DNA of 48,807 nt, from assembly GCA_049971295.1 (NCBI GenBank), contig JBMFLH010000004.1, positions 1 through 48,807 on the forward strand, written 5' to 3'. Both the position numbers and the translations under genes were made by a program. Shown piece after piece: positions 1-8,528 of the stretch (positions within the stretch are counted from its first letter, which is position 1; the number at the start of each line of letters is the position of its first letter). Origin of the DNA: Candidatus Ratteibacteria bacterium (GTDB taxonomy: Bacteria > Ratteibacteria > UBA8468 > B48-G9 > DTJG01). The notes below the pieces were generated by a model. The model had not been told where the DNA came from, made no database searches, and saw nothing but the letters and a program-made list of their open reading frames with translations.

Positions 1-204
1 ATTGCGTTATATTTTCAAGGCAAATCAGATGAAGTTTTATTAGAAAAAAAGGAAGAAAAATATTTATTGGGGCGAACAAGGAGGGATGCGCCTGACATTG
101 ATTGGACTGTAAAGGTTTATGGCAGGGCAAAGTTAGGTGATATTGTTAATGTCAGGATAACGAAAAGTTCTTTTTATTCTCTTGAGGGTATGATTTCTGA
201 ATAG
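1..204 (+). CDS. rimO: 3' end of ribosomal protein S12 methylthiotransferase (TRAM domain), partial
   Basis: Frame 1 is open from the window edge to TAG at 202-204 and reads ...LLGRTRRDAPDIDWTVKV...LGDIVNVRITKSSFYSLEG, matching the RimO C-terminal GRxxxDAPEIDG / G.fv.V.It TRAM pattern. Not in the ORF track. Confidence 0.7.
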   Translation: MALYFQGKSDEVLLEKKEEKYLLGRTRRDAPDIDWTVKVYGRAKLGDIVNVRITKSSFYSLEGMISE

Positions 205-266
205 ATTTTTTCATGCATGATGGTTTTTGTATTATCCGTATGTTAATGTTTTCACACAACTGCGAT

Positions 267-295
267 TTGACACTCCGTTTTATTCCACTTATAAT
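267..295 (+). promoter_or_regulatory. sigma70 promoter for the nusA operon
   Basis: Perfect consensus TTGACA (267-272)-N17-TATAAT (290-295). Confidence 0.85.
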
Positions 296-378
296 GTAAT
301 ATCATGAAAAACATCCTTTTACTTCTGCAAAATCTTTATATTTTTGCACAAACATGATTTATGGAAGGTGATGGAAAT

Positions 379-1542
379 ATGAAGAAGGAACTTGTAGCAT
401 TGCTTGATTACTGGGAAAAGAACAAGGGCATATCCAAGGAATTTCTTATTTCGTCCCTTGAACAGGGATTATCCTCTGTTTACAGAAAAAAGGCATCGCT
501 TGAGGAAAATATCAGGGTAAAGATAGATCCTGAGACCGGTGATATTAATTTTATTGATGAACAGGGCAAGCAGGTTCCTCCTCCTTCTTTTCCATGGGAA
601 AGAATCGCAGCCCAGACAGCCAAGCAGATTTTGATTCAGAAGATTCGTGAAGCAGAAAAGGCAGCAATATACAATGAGTTTAAGAAACTTGAAAATACCA
701 TTGTTACAGGGCGCGTTGAAAGATTTGAGACAGGTAACATCGTTGTTGCCATTGGAAGGACAGAAGGGTTGCTTCCCCAGAAACATTTACTTCCTCATGA
801 TAGATTCCACGTAGGAGATCCTGTGAGAGGGTTGATTCTGGAAGTTCGAAAACCAAACAAGGGCGTGTATCCGATTATTATGTCAAGAACCGCAACTGAC
901 TTTGTCAGAAGATTGCTGATGGACGAGATACCTGAAATCAGGGATGGCCTGGTTGAAATAAAGGCAATTGCGAGATTTCCAGGGGACCTGACCAAGGTTG
1001 CTGTAGATTCTTCAGACCCGAGAATCGATCCTGTCGGAACATGTATAGGTGATAAGGCAAATAGAATAAAGAATATTACAAAGGAACTTGGTGGAGAAAA
1101 AATTGAAGTTGTTAGATGGTATTCTGATCCTAAAAAGTTCACTGCGAGTGCCCTTCTTCCTGCTGTGTGTGAACGGGTTGTTTTTGATAAAACAAAAAAT
1201 GAAGCGCTGGTCTGGGTGAATAGAGACCAGTTATTTGTTGCCATCGGAAAGAAGGGGCAAAATGTCAGGCTTGCGTGCAAATTGACAGGATGGAATATTA
1301 TTGTTAACAGGTCCGAAGGTGAAGGGCCTGCGACTTTGTTGCTGGGTATCAGTGAGGAACTTGCTGAAAGATTGAGTAAAGCAGGATATGAAACAATTAA
1401 GTCCCTGAGTCAGGCAGATAATAAAAAACTGTCTGAAAAATTGAACATTTCAGAAGATGAAGCAAAGGAACTGATTGAAAGAGCTATCAGGCATATGCAG
1501 GATACCCAACCAAATGGCACATTAAATACATCGGAGAACTGA
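379..1542 (+). CDS. nusA: Transcription termination/antitermination factor NusA
   Basis: RIAAQTAKQILIQKIREAE, S1 domain, KH motifs (DPVGTCIG, AIGKKGQNVRLA), C-terminal HhH-like repeat. ATG 379 preferred over 361 because GGAAGGTG precedes it. Confidence 0.95.
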   Translation: MKKELVALLDYWEKNKGISKEFLISSLEQGLSSVYRKKASLEENIRVKIDPETGDINFIDEQGKQVPPPSFPWERIAAQTAKQILIQKIREAEKAAIYNEFKKLENTIVTGRVERFETGNIVVAIGRTEGLLPQKHLLPHDRFHVGDPVRGLILEVRKPNKGVYPIIMSRTATDFVRRLLMDEIPEIRDGLVEIKAIARFPGDLTKVAVDSSDPRIDPVGTCIGDKANRIKNITKELGGEKIEVVRWYSDPKKFTASALLPAVCERVVFDKTKNEALVWVNRDQLFVAIGKKGQNVRLACKLTGWNIIVNRSEGEGPATLLLGISEELAERLSKAGYETIKSLSQADNKKLSEKLNISEDEAKELIERAIRHMQDTQPNGTLNTSEN

Positions 1543-3464
1543 TGAGGGTTTATCAATTTGCAAAGCAGCTGAAAATCACGGCAAAAGAATTGATTGAAAT
1601 TTGTGAAAATGCCGGGATTAGTGGCAAGACCTATGTGAGCGGCTTGAAAGACCAGGAAATCGCAGCCATCAAAGAGTACATGAAGAAAAGGAAACTTACC
1701 GGAAAACCTATTATTTCCACCGGCACAGAAACTGTTGGAGAAATCGCCTCCAAATTAGGTATTTCGGCATCAGAGATTATCAAAAATCTTTCAGATGTTG
1801 GTATCAGTGCTTCCATCAACGATAGATTAGGACCAGAGAGCATAAAGAAACTTTGCGATGCCATTGGTGTTCATGTGATGTTCAAAAGAACAAGGGAGAG
1901 TTACATTCTGGGTACAGCTATAGAAACTGATAAAGACCTTGTTCCACGAGCTCCTGTGGTGACAGTGATGGGACATGTTGACCACGGAAAGACGACAATA
2001 CTTGATTATATTAGAAAATCAAATGTGGCTGCAAGAGAATTCGGGCAGATTACCCAGAAGATTGGTGCCTACAAGGTAAACCTGAACGAGGGTTCTATTG
2101 TTTTTATAGATACCCCAGGACACGAAATTTTTACAGCGATGAGAGCCCGGGGAGCGCAAATTACAGATATTGTGGTTCTTGTCGTGGCTGCTGACGAAGG
2201 AGTGAAATTACAGACAGTGGAAGCCATAAACCATTGCAAGGCAGCTGGAGTCCCTGTGATTGTTGCCATCAATAAAATTGACAAACCAAATGCGAATCCA
2301 GACGTGGTGAAGAAACAATTGAGCGAGTATGGGCTTGTGCCTGAAGAATGGGGAGGGCAGACAGTTTTTCTTAATGTTTCAGGTGTGACTGGAGCCAATA
2401 TCAAGGAATTGCTTGAAATTATCCTTCTTATGGGAGAAATGATGGAGTTAAAGGCAAATCCTGAAAGGCCCGGTGAGGGGGTTGTTCTTGAAGCATATCT
2501 TCACAAACAAAAAGGGCCTGTCATTGATGTACTTGTTCAAAATGGATCAGTTCGTACAGGGGACTTTTTTGTTTGTGGTGAATCATGGGGTAAGGTAAGA
2601 GCTATGTTTGACGAAAACGGTAAAAAACTTGAAAAAGTAGGCCCATCAACTCCTGTGGAAGTTCTCGGTGCCGATTCTGTTGCGGTTCCTGGCGACGTTT
2701 TCAGAGTTGTGAATTCTGAGGCAGATGCTCGAAGAATTGCTGAAGAAAAAAAACAGGCAAATAAACTTGCTCATGAAAGGTCGCAAAAAGTTCTTACCCT
2801 TGAAGACCTTCAGAAACAAATTCTTCAGGGAACTTTGAAGGAATTGAAAATAGTTCTTAAAACAGATTCAATTGGTTCTCAGGAAGCAATCAAATCTTCT
2901 CTTGAAAAATTCAGTCAGGCATCTGTAGAGAAACAGGGTCCATCTGTTAATTTAATACATTGCGGACTGGGTTCGGTGAGCGAGTCGGATATTCTTCTTG
3001 CAGCATGTTCAAAGGCGATTATATTCGGGTACAACATTGGTATTGATTCAAAAGCTGAAAATCTTTCCAAACAACATGGAATAGAAATTAAAACCTACCG
3101 GCTTGTATATGACCTGATAGAGGATGTCAAAAATACACTTGAAGGCATGATGAAGCCACAAGAAATTGAAGCAATGGTTGGCCAGGCACTTGTGAAACAG
3201 GTTTTCAAAATTGGTAAGAATCAATCGGTTGCTGGCTGTCTTGTTGTTGACGGTAAGGTAATCAGGGATGCAAAGGTGAAAATTGTCAGAAATGGAAAAT
3301 TTGTTTTTGAAGGATATCTTTCCAGTTTGAAACGATTCAAAAATTCTGTGAAAGAGGTGGGCCCCAATACTGAGTGTGGTATAGGAATTAGTGGTTTTAA
3401 TGACTTTCAACAGGGAGACATTATCCAGGTTTACCAGAAAGTTCAGGAAGGAGCAAAGGCGTGA
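1542..3464 (+). CDS. infB: Translation initiation factor IF-2 (short form, 640 aa)
   Basis: RAPVVTVMGHVDHGKT, DTPGHE, NKID, SLKRFK motifs; follows nusA. Confidence 0.97.
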   Translation: MRVYQFAKQLKITAKELIEICENAGISGKTYVSGLKDQEIAAIKEYMKKRKLTGKPIISTGTETVGEIASKLGISASEIIKNLSDVGISASINDRLGPESIKKLCDAIGVHVMFKRTRESYILGTAIETDKDLVPRAPVVTVMGHVDHGKTTILDYIRKSNVAAREFGQITQKIGAYKVNLNEGSIVFIDTPGHEIFTAMRARGAQITDIVVLVVAADEGVKLQTVEAINHCKAAGVPVIVAINKIDKPNANPDVVKKQLSEYGLVPEEWGGQTVFLNVSGVTGANIKELLEIILLMGEMMELKANPERPGEGVVLEAYLHKQKGPVIDVLVQNGSVRTGDFFVCGESWGKVRAMFDENGKKLEKVGPSTPVEVLGADSVAVPGDVFRVVNSEADARRIAEEKKQANKLAHERSQKVLTLEDLQKQILQGTLKELKIVLKTDSIGSQEAIKSSLEKFSQASVEKQGPSVNLIHCGLGSVSESDILLAACSKAIIFGYNIGIDSKAENLSKQHGIEIKTYRLVYDLIEDVKNTLEGMMKPQEIEAMVGQALVKQVFKIGKNQSVAGCLVVDGKVIRDAKVKIVRNGKFVFEGYLSSLKRFKNSVKEVGPNTECGIGISGFNDFQQGDIIQVYQKVQEGAKA

Positions 3465-3808
3465 ACCACGATTGTGTATTCTGTAAAATATCTGAAGGGA
3501 AGGAATTTGCAAAAGTAGTTTATGAAAATCAGGATATTATTGCATTTCACGATATCAATCCTCAAGCCCCTGTACATTTACTGATAATTCCCCGCAGGCA
3601 TTTTTCAAATTTGCTTGATGTTGACCGTCAGAATTCCACAATTCTGGCAGAAATGCTTTATGTTGCAACAGAACTTGCGAGACAAATGAAAATTGCAGAA
3701 ACAGGTTTCAGAATTGTGATAAACACAAACAGGTATGCAGGTCAGAGCATTGACCATTTTCATATTCATGTTCTTGGTGGTCGGATTATGGGATGGCCAC
3801 CGGGTTGA
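3461..3808 (+). CDS. hinT: Histidine triad (HIT) nucleotide-binding protein
   Basis: DCVFCKI, DINPQAPVH, HFHIHVLGG triad, WPPG end; GTG start overlaps the infB stop. Confidence 0.93.
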   Translation: MNHDCVFCKISEGKEFAKVVYENQDIIAFHDINPQAPVHLLIIPRRHFSNLLDVDRQNSTILAEMLYVATELARQMKIAETGFRIVINTNRYAGQSIDHFHIHVLGGRIMGWPPG

Positions 3809-3820
3809 TACCAGCCAGTT

Positions 3821-4666
3821 ATGAATATTGTGCGTATCAGAGATTGCATAATTGGGGGTTCCAAACTATGTGTCATTGCGGGCCCGTGTGTACTGGAAAG
3901 CCAGGATCTTGCGTTAGAAGTTGCAGAAACCATGCATTCCTTGACACAAAAATACAAAATGTCTTATATTTTCAAAGGCTCTTTTGATAAAGCAAATCGG
4001 TCTTCAATTCATTCGTACAGAGGTCCTGGTTTGGACAAAGGACTGCGGATTCTTGAATCTGTCAAAAATAAAATTGGTGTTCCTGTTCTTACAGATGTTC
4101 ATTGCGTGACACAGGTAAAATCGGTTTCAGAGGTTGTTGATGTGATTCAGATTCCGGCTTTCTTATGCAGACAGACAGATCTTCTTGTCAGTGCAGCAAA
4201 ATCAAAAAAAGCAGTCAATGTAAAAAAAGGTCAATTTATGTCTCCATGGGAAGCAGATAACATCATAGAAAAGCTAACATCATCCGGTTGCAAAAAAATT
4301 CTTATTACTGAGAGAGGAACCAGTTTTGGTTACAATAATCTTGTGGTGGACTTTCGTTCGTTGCCTATAATGAGAAAATATGGATGGCCTGTGGTTTTTG
4401 ACGGAACGCACAGTGTTCAACAGCCAGGAGCACTGGGAAAGTCGTCCGGTGGACAGAAAGAGTTTGTTCCATACCTTTGTAGAGCTGCTATTAGTGTTGG
4501 TTGTGATGCCATTTTTCTTGAGGTGCATCCTGAACCGAGAAATGCTTTATCAGATGGCCCTAACATGGTGGCTCTTTCTTCAATGAGATTTCTTCTGGAC
4601 CAGTTAAGTAAAATCTGGAATACTGTGATTAAAATTAGAGATAGGGATGAAGACAAATTTCAGTGA
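3821..4666 (+). CDS. kdsA: KDO8P synthase
   Basis: AGPCVLES, FDKANRSS, QIPAFLCRQTDL, NVKKGQF, ERGTSFGY, DGTHSVQ. Confidence 0.96.
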   Translation: MNIVRIRDCIIGGSKLCVIAGPCVLESQDLALEVAETMHSLTQKYKMSYIFKGSFDKANRSSIHSYRGPGLDKGLRILESVKNKIGVPVLTDVHCVTQVKSVSEVVDVIQIPAFLCRQTDLLVSAAKSKKAVNVKKGQFMSPWEADNIIEKLTSSGCKKILITERGTSFGYNNLVVDFRSLPIMRKYGWPVVFDGTHSVQQPGALGKSSGGQKEFVPYLCRAAISVGCDAIFLEVHPEPRNALSDGPNMVALSSMRFLLDQLSKIWNTVIKIRDRDEDKFQ

Positions 4667-5642
4667 AAGAAAAATTTTGATGGCAGCAAAAAGAGTAATA
4701 GACATTGAGATTGCCAATCTTCTTAGAGCAAAGAAACATCTTGGTGCAGAATTTGTGAAGGCTATCAAAATGCTTGCTTCATGCAAAGGAAAGGTGATTG
4801 TGACAGGTATCGGGAAAAGTGGAATCATTGGTAGAAAAATCTCTGCAACGTTTGCAAGTACTGGTACACCGTCAACATTTTTACATCCAGGAGAGGCAAT
4901 TCACGGAGACCTTGGCATGGTATGCAGGTCAGATGTGGTTATTGCTATTTCAAATAGCGGTGAAACAGATGAAATTTTGAAAATCGTTCCTTCATTAAAA
5001 AAAATTGGCACTCCGATTATCAGTATTACCTCTGACTCCAGAAGTTCTCTTGGTTTGCAGAGTAATATTGTGTTGAATACTGGAGCCATCCAGGAAGCTG
5101 ACCCTTTTTCTCTTATTCCAAGTTCCAGCACAACTGCTGCACTTGTCCTCGGGGATGCTATCGCAATAACCTTGCTATCAGTTAAAGGATTTCAAAAACA
5201 GGATTATGCCTTTTATCACCCTGGAGGCAATCTTGGTCGAAGATTGATGTTGAAAGTAAAAGATGTAATGCAAACAGGAGAGAGGATTCCGGTTGTTGAT
5301 TCAGATAGTACAATGGAGGATGCGATAACTGAGATTAACAGAAAAAATCTCGGGTTTACACTTGTGATTGATAAAAAAGAAAGAGTTGTTGGAATCATTA
5401 CTGATGGGGACATCAGAAGACTGCTGGCAAAGAAAAAGAATGTTTTCGATTTCAAAGCATCAGAGTGTATGACGCACAACCCGCTGGGTATAGAGGAAGA
5501 AAAACTTGCGGTTCAGGCGCTTGCCATTATGGAAGAAAAAGAGATTACCTGTCTTGTCATCAGGGATAAAAAGGGTAGAGCAAAGGGGATTGTGCATCTT
5601 CATGATCTTCTGGGAAAGAGGCAATTCAGTCAGGAATTGTAA
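4647..5642 (+). CDS. kdsD: Arabinose-5-phosphate isomerase (KpsF/GutQ family, SIS + 2 CBS)
   Basis: GIGKSG, HPGEAIHGDLG, SNSGET, HPGGNLG, GIITDGDIRR. Confidence 0.95.
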   Translation: MKTNFSERKILMAAKRVIDIEIANLLRAKKHLGAEFVKAIKMLASCKGKVIVTGIGKSGIIGRKISATFASTGTPSTFLHPGEAIHGDLGMVCRSDVVIAISNSGETDEILKIVPSLKKIGTPIISITSDSRSSLGLQSNIVLNTGAIQEADPFSLIPSSSTTAALVLGDAIAITLLSVKGFQKQDYAFYHPGGNLGRRLMLKVKDVMQTGERIPVVDSDSTMEDAITEINRKNLGFTLVIDKKERVVGIITDGDIRRLLAKKKNVFDFKASECMTHNPLGIEEEKLAVQALAIMEEKEITCLVIRDKKGRAKGIVHLHDLLGKRQFSQEL

Positions 5643-5643
5643 T

Positions 5644-6156
5644 ATGGACTTTTCAAGAATTAAAATTGTTGCTACAGATGTTGACGGAGTGCTCACGGAT
5701 AGCAGAATATTTTATGGGGATGCAGGTAAAAGAGGAAAATTTTTTTCAGTCCGGGATGGATTTGCGTTTAAACTGTTGAAATTAGCGGGTATTAAAAGTG
5801 TCATTATTTCTGGAAAGAAAACAGGCATTGTAAAAACCAGGTTTTCTGATGTGCAGGTAGATTCAATCTATGAAAATGTTAATGATAAAATGGCAGTGAT
5901 AAAAAAAATTTGCAGGAAAGAATGTGTGACAATGGAAGAAATCTGTTATATTGGTGATGATATACTTGATATTGAGGTATTGAAAAGCGTGGGGTTTTCA
6001 GTTGCTCCGCGTGATGCAGATGAAGAGATAAAAAGTGTTGTAATGTATGTAACAGCAAGAAAAGCCGGTGAAGGGGCTTTCAGAGAATGCGTGGAAATAA
6101 TATTGAAAGGACAAAAAAAATGGCAAAAAGTGCTGGAAAAGTCATTACAATTTTAG
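5644..6156 (+). CDS. kdsC: KDO8P phosphatase (HAD family)
   Basis: DVDGVLTD, YIGDDILD, GEGAFRE. Start moved to ATG 5644, just after the kdsD stop. Confidence 0.92.
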   Translation: MDFSRIKIVATDVDGVLTDSRIFYGDAGKRGKFFSVRDGFAFKLLKLAGIKSVIISGKKTGIVKTRFSDVQVDSIYENVNDKMAVIKKICRKECVTMEEICYIGDDILDIEVLKSVGFSVAPRDADEEIKSVVMYVTARKAGEGAFRECVEIILKGQKKWQKVLEKSLQF

Positions 6157-6692
6157 CGATTTTTCTGTTAACGATGTCAGGATGTGCTCGCAAGAAACCA
6201 TCCCTTGAAACTCAGGAGTCAGGGCAAATATTGAAAAATTTTACATTGGAATTTTTTGACAGTTCTTTCAAAATCACACTGATGGGACTCGCGGCAGAAA
6301 AAAAACAGGATTCTCATACATCAGTTTCACAACCAGCAATCGAAATCAAGAACAAGAATTTCATTCTTGATATCAAGACGGGTTCTAAGGGAACAGGTGA
6401 ATTGTTTCTTGACCCCTCAACGCAGGCTATCACAAAAATTGTGATACAGAACGATATTATGATAACCCAGAAAAATCCAGAAAACTCTCAAATCAATTTT
6501 TCAGCCAAATGTGAAAAACTGACTTATATTGAAAAGGATGATACTGTGATTATGGAGGGTTCACCACAGGTGAATCAAGGAGCAAATTTTTACAGTGCCG
6601 ACCGCATCATATACACATTCAAAGAAAACAAACTCAGGTTTGAGGGAAATGTTCAGGTTCGTTTCAAAAAAGAAAGTTCTGGCAATAATTAG
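6120..6692 (+). CDS. LptA/LptC-like (OstA beta-jellyroll) periplasmic protein, probable lipoprotein
   Basis: Signal peptide with lipobox-like LTMSGC. C-terminal half (LTY...VIMEGSPQVNQG...SADRIIY...GNVQV) resembles LptA/OstA. Occupies the lptC/lptA position after kdsC. Confidence 0.6.
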   Translation: MAKSAGKVITILAIFLLTMSGCARKKPSLETQESGQILKNFTLEFFDSSFKITLMGLAAEKKQDSHTSVSQPAIEIKNKNFILDIKTGSKGTGELFLDPSTQAITKIVIQNDIMITQKNPENSQINFSAKCEKLTYIEKDDTVIMEGSPQVNQGANFYSADRIIYTFKENKLRFEGNVQVRFKKESSGNN

Positions 6693-7680
6693 TGTTTTTG
6701 TTTTGTTAAATCTGGTATCAAGCTGGGCTGAAACTGTCAGGATTTGTGTCTGGGAAGGTAATCAGAAACCACTTCTGGAATCCTTCAAAGGAAAATATAG
6801 GGGACAATTGTCTCTGGTCAAATGGAACAAAAAGTATCTTATTATCAATACAATGGATGTTGAAGAATATTTATTTGGTGTTCTCGGAAAAGAGATGGAA
6901 AAATCCTGGCCATTTGAGGCATTAAAAGCACAGGCAGTTTGTTCGCGAACTCTGGTATATTACTATAAAGACCTTGCGATGAAAAAAAATCTTCCCTATG
7001 ATGTCAGCGATACAATTTATCACCAAGTGTATGGCGGCGTGACGAGTGAAAACGAAGCCATCGTTAGAGCTGTTGAAGAAACCTGTAATCAGGTGCTTGT
7101 TGGAAATAAAGATGATAAAGGGTATAATATCGTTCCGACTTTTTTCCATGCGTGTTGTGGGGGGCATACAACCTCAGCTGAGGACATCTGGGACGGGCAG
7201 TACTTTTTGCTTAAAGGGGTTGAAGATCCATATTGTGAGGGGACTCCATTTTATTGGTGGAGCAAGACATTTACCAGAGACGAAATCAGTTCTATCGTGG
7301 GAACAGATGTTAATGCGGTGGATACTGTTGGATTTGACAGCAGCGGCCGTGTGAAACGAATTGAATTTTCAGGAAAGTTCGGGAAAAAGGTAATGAGTGC
7401 AGAAAAGTTCAGGATGTTAACGATAAACAATAATACGACATTCAAATCTGTAAGGACTTTGCCAAGTACAATGTTTACTGTGTCAAAAAAAGGTAATCAA
7501 TTCATTTTTAGTGGTAAAGGGTATGGGCATGGTGTTGGAATGTGCCAGTGGGGCGCAAGGCGAATGGCAGACGCGGGTAAAAATTACTTAGAAATTCTCA
7601 GTTATTATTTCCCGAATCTCGTGCTTGTTTCTCTCAGTGAGATACCTGCTAACAGTAATGCGATGACTGAAAAACCATAA
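6649..7680 (+). CDS. SpoIID/LytB-domain peptidoglycan hydrolase
   Basis: EEYLFGVLGKEM, EALKAQAVCSRT, QVYGG, GYGHGVGMCQWGA, YLEILSYYFP. Signal peptide from ATG 6649, with GAGGG upstream. Confidence 0.9.
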   Translation: MFRFVSKKKVLAIISVFVLLNLVSSWAETVRICVWEGNQKPLLESFKGKYRGQLSLVKWNKKYLIINTMDVEEYLFGVLGKEMEKSWPFEALKAQAVCSRTLVYYYKDLAMKKNLPYDVSDTIYHQVYGGVTSENEAIVRAVEETCNQVLVGNKDDKGYNIVPTFFHACCGGHTTSAEDIWDGQYFLLKGVEDPYCEGTPFYWWSKTFTRDEISSIVGTDVNAVDTVGFDSSGRVKRIEFSGKFGKKVMSAEKFRMLTINNNTTFKSVRTLPSTMFTVSKKGNQFIFSGKGYGHGVGMCQWGARRMADAGKNYLEILSYYFPNLVLVSLSEIPANSNAMTEKP

Positions 7681-7694
7681 TACAGGAGGTTGAT

Positions 7695-8054
7695 ATGATT
7701 TTTCATTTGCAGCCAGTGCATGTACAACTGGATTCTGGTTTTGAGCAAGTGGCAGAAAAAAAATTTTCACGGCTTGAAAGATTTTTCCCTGGCGAGACAG
7801 AAGTGCATTTGCTTATTAAAAAGGAAAAATTTGAGTTTATTATTGAGGCAAAGGTACGTTATCGCAGAAACGTAGTATTTATGAAAACCAGTTCGAATAA
7901 TTTAAATACTGGACTGGATGATATCGTAAACAAAATGAAAAACCACCTGAGTAAATTGCATGACAGAAAACATAATAAGAAAAACAGAAAATCAAAGGAA
8001 ATTGAATTTTCCGGTTCAACAGTTCATAGTGAAACAGAGGAGGAATTAACATGA
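7695..8054 (+). CDS. hpf: Ribosome hibernation factor HPF/RaiA (short form)
   Basis: AEKKFSRLERFF and LDDIVNKMKNHLSKLHDR pattern; lies before ptsN; SD AGGAGG. Confidence 0.7.
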   Translation: MIFHLQPVHVQLDSGFEQVAEKKFSRLERFFPGETEVHLLIKKEKFEFIIEAKVRYRRNVVFMKTSSNNLNTGLDDIVNKMKNHLSKLHDRKHNKKNRKSKEIEFSGSTVHSETEEELT

Positions 8055-8524
8055 AAATCAGTGAATTTATCAGTGAAAAAGAAATATTAATCGGAATGAA
8101 AGCGGCCCAGAAGCAGGATGCACTTGACGAATTGTTGCAGGTTCTGGAACATAACGGGATTTTGAAGGATAGAAAGCAGGTTCTTGAAACTCTCATGGAA
8201 CGAGAAAAACTTGGTTCAACTGGTATTGGACAGGGAATTGCGGTGCCTCACGCAAAGACGGACCAGATCAATAAACTTGTTTGCGCTCTTGGTATCTCAG
8301 AGAAGGGTATTGATTTTGATTCCCTTGATGGCGAACCAGTGTATATCATATTTCTTGTTCTGGCCCCCGCAGGGGCGACAGGAATCCATCTTAAGGCACT
8401 TGCCAAGATCGCCAGACTTTTGAAGGATAAAGTGTTCAGGAACTATTTGAAGATGAGTAAAACTCCTCAGGAAGCGTATCAGATCATAAAGGACGATGAG
8501 GATCGATTGAATAGCACTGGATGA
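8051..8524 (+). CDS. ptsN: PTS EIIA (Ntr/Fru type)
   Basis: MEREKLGSTGIGQGIAVPHAK phospho-His motif, FDSLDGEPV, HLKALAKIAR. Confidence 0.9.
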   Translation: MKISEFISEKEILIGMKAAQKQDALDELLQVLEHNGILKDRKQVLETLMEREKLGSTGIGQGIAVPHAKTDQINKLVCALGISEKGIDFDSLDGEPVYIIFLVLAPAGATGIHLKALAKIARLLKDKVFRNYLKMSKTPQEAYQIIKDDEDRLNSTG

Positions 8525-8528
8525 AAAG

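Noticed and set aside
5506-6648. ORF-track starts 5506 (kdsC), 6087 (lpt-like) and 6595 (spoIID)
   Set aside because: They create long overlaps with no homology-like sequence; downstream ATGs at 5644, 6120 and 6649 fit motifs, signal peptides and SD better.
6649-7680. SpoIID as evidence of sporulation
   Set aside because: SpoIID/LytB domains are widespread in non-sporulating diderms; no other spo genes are present.
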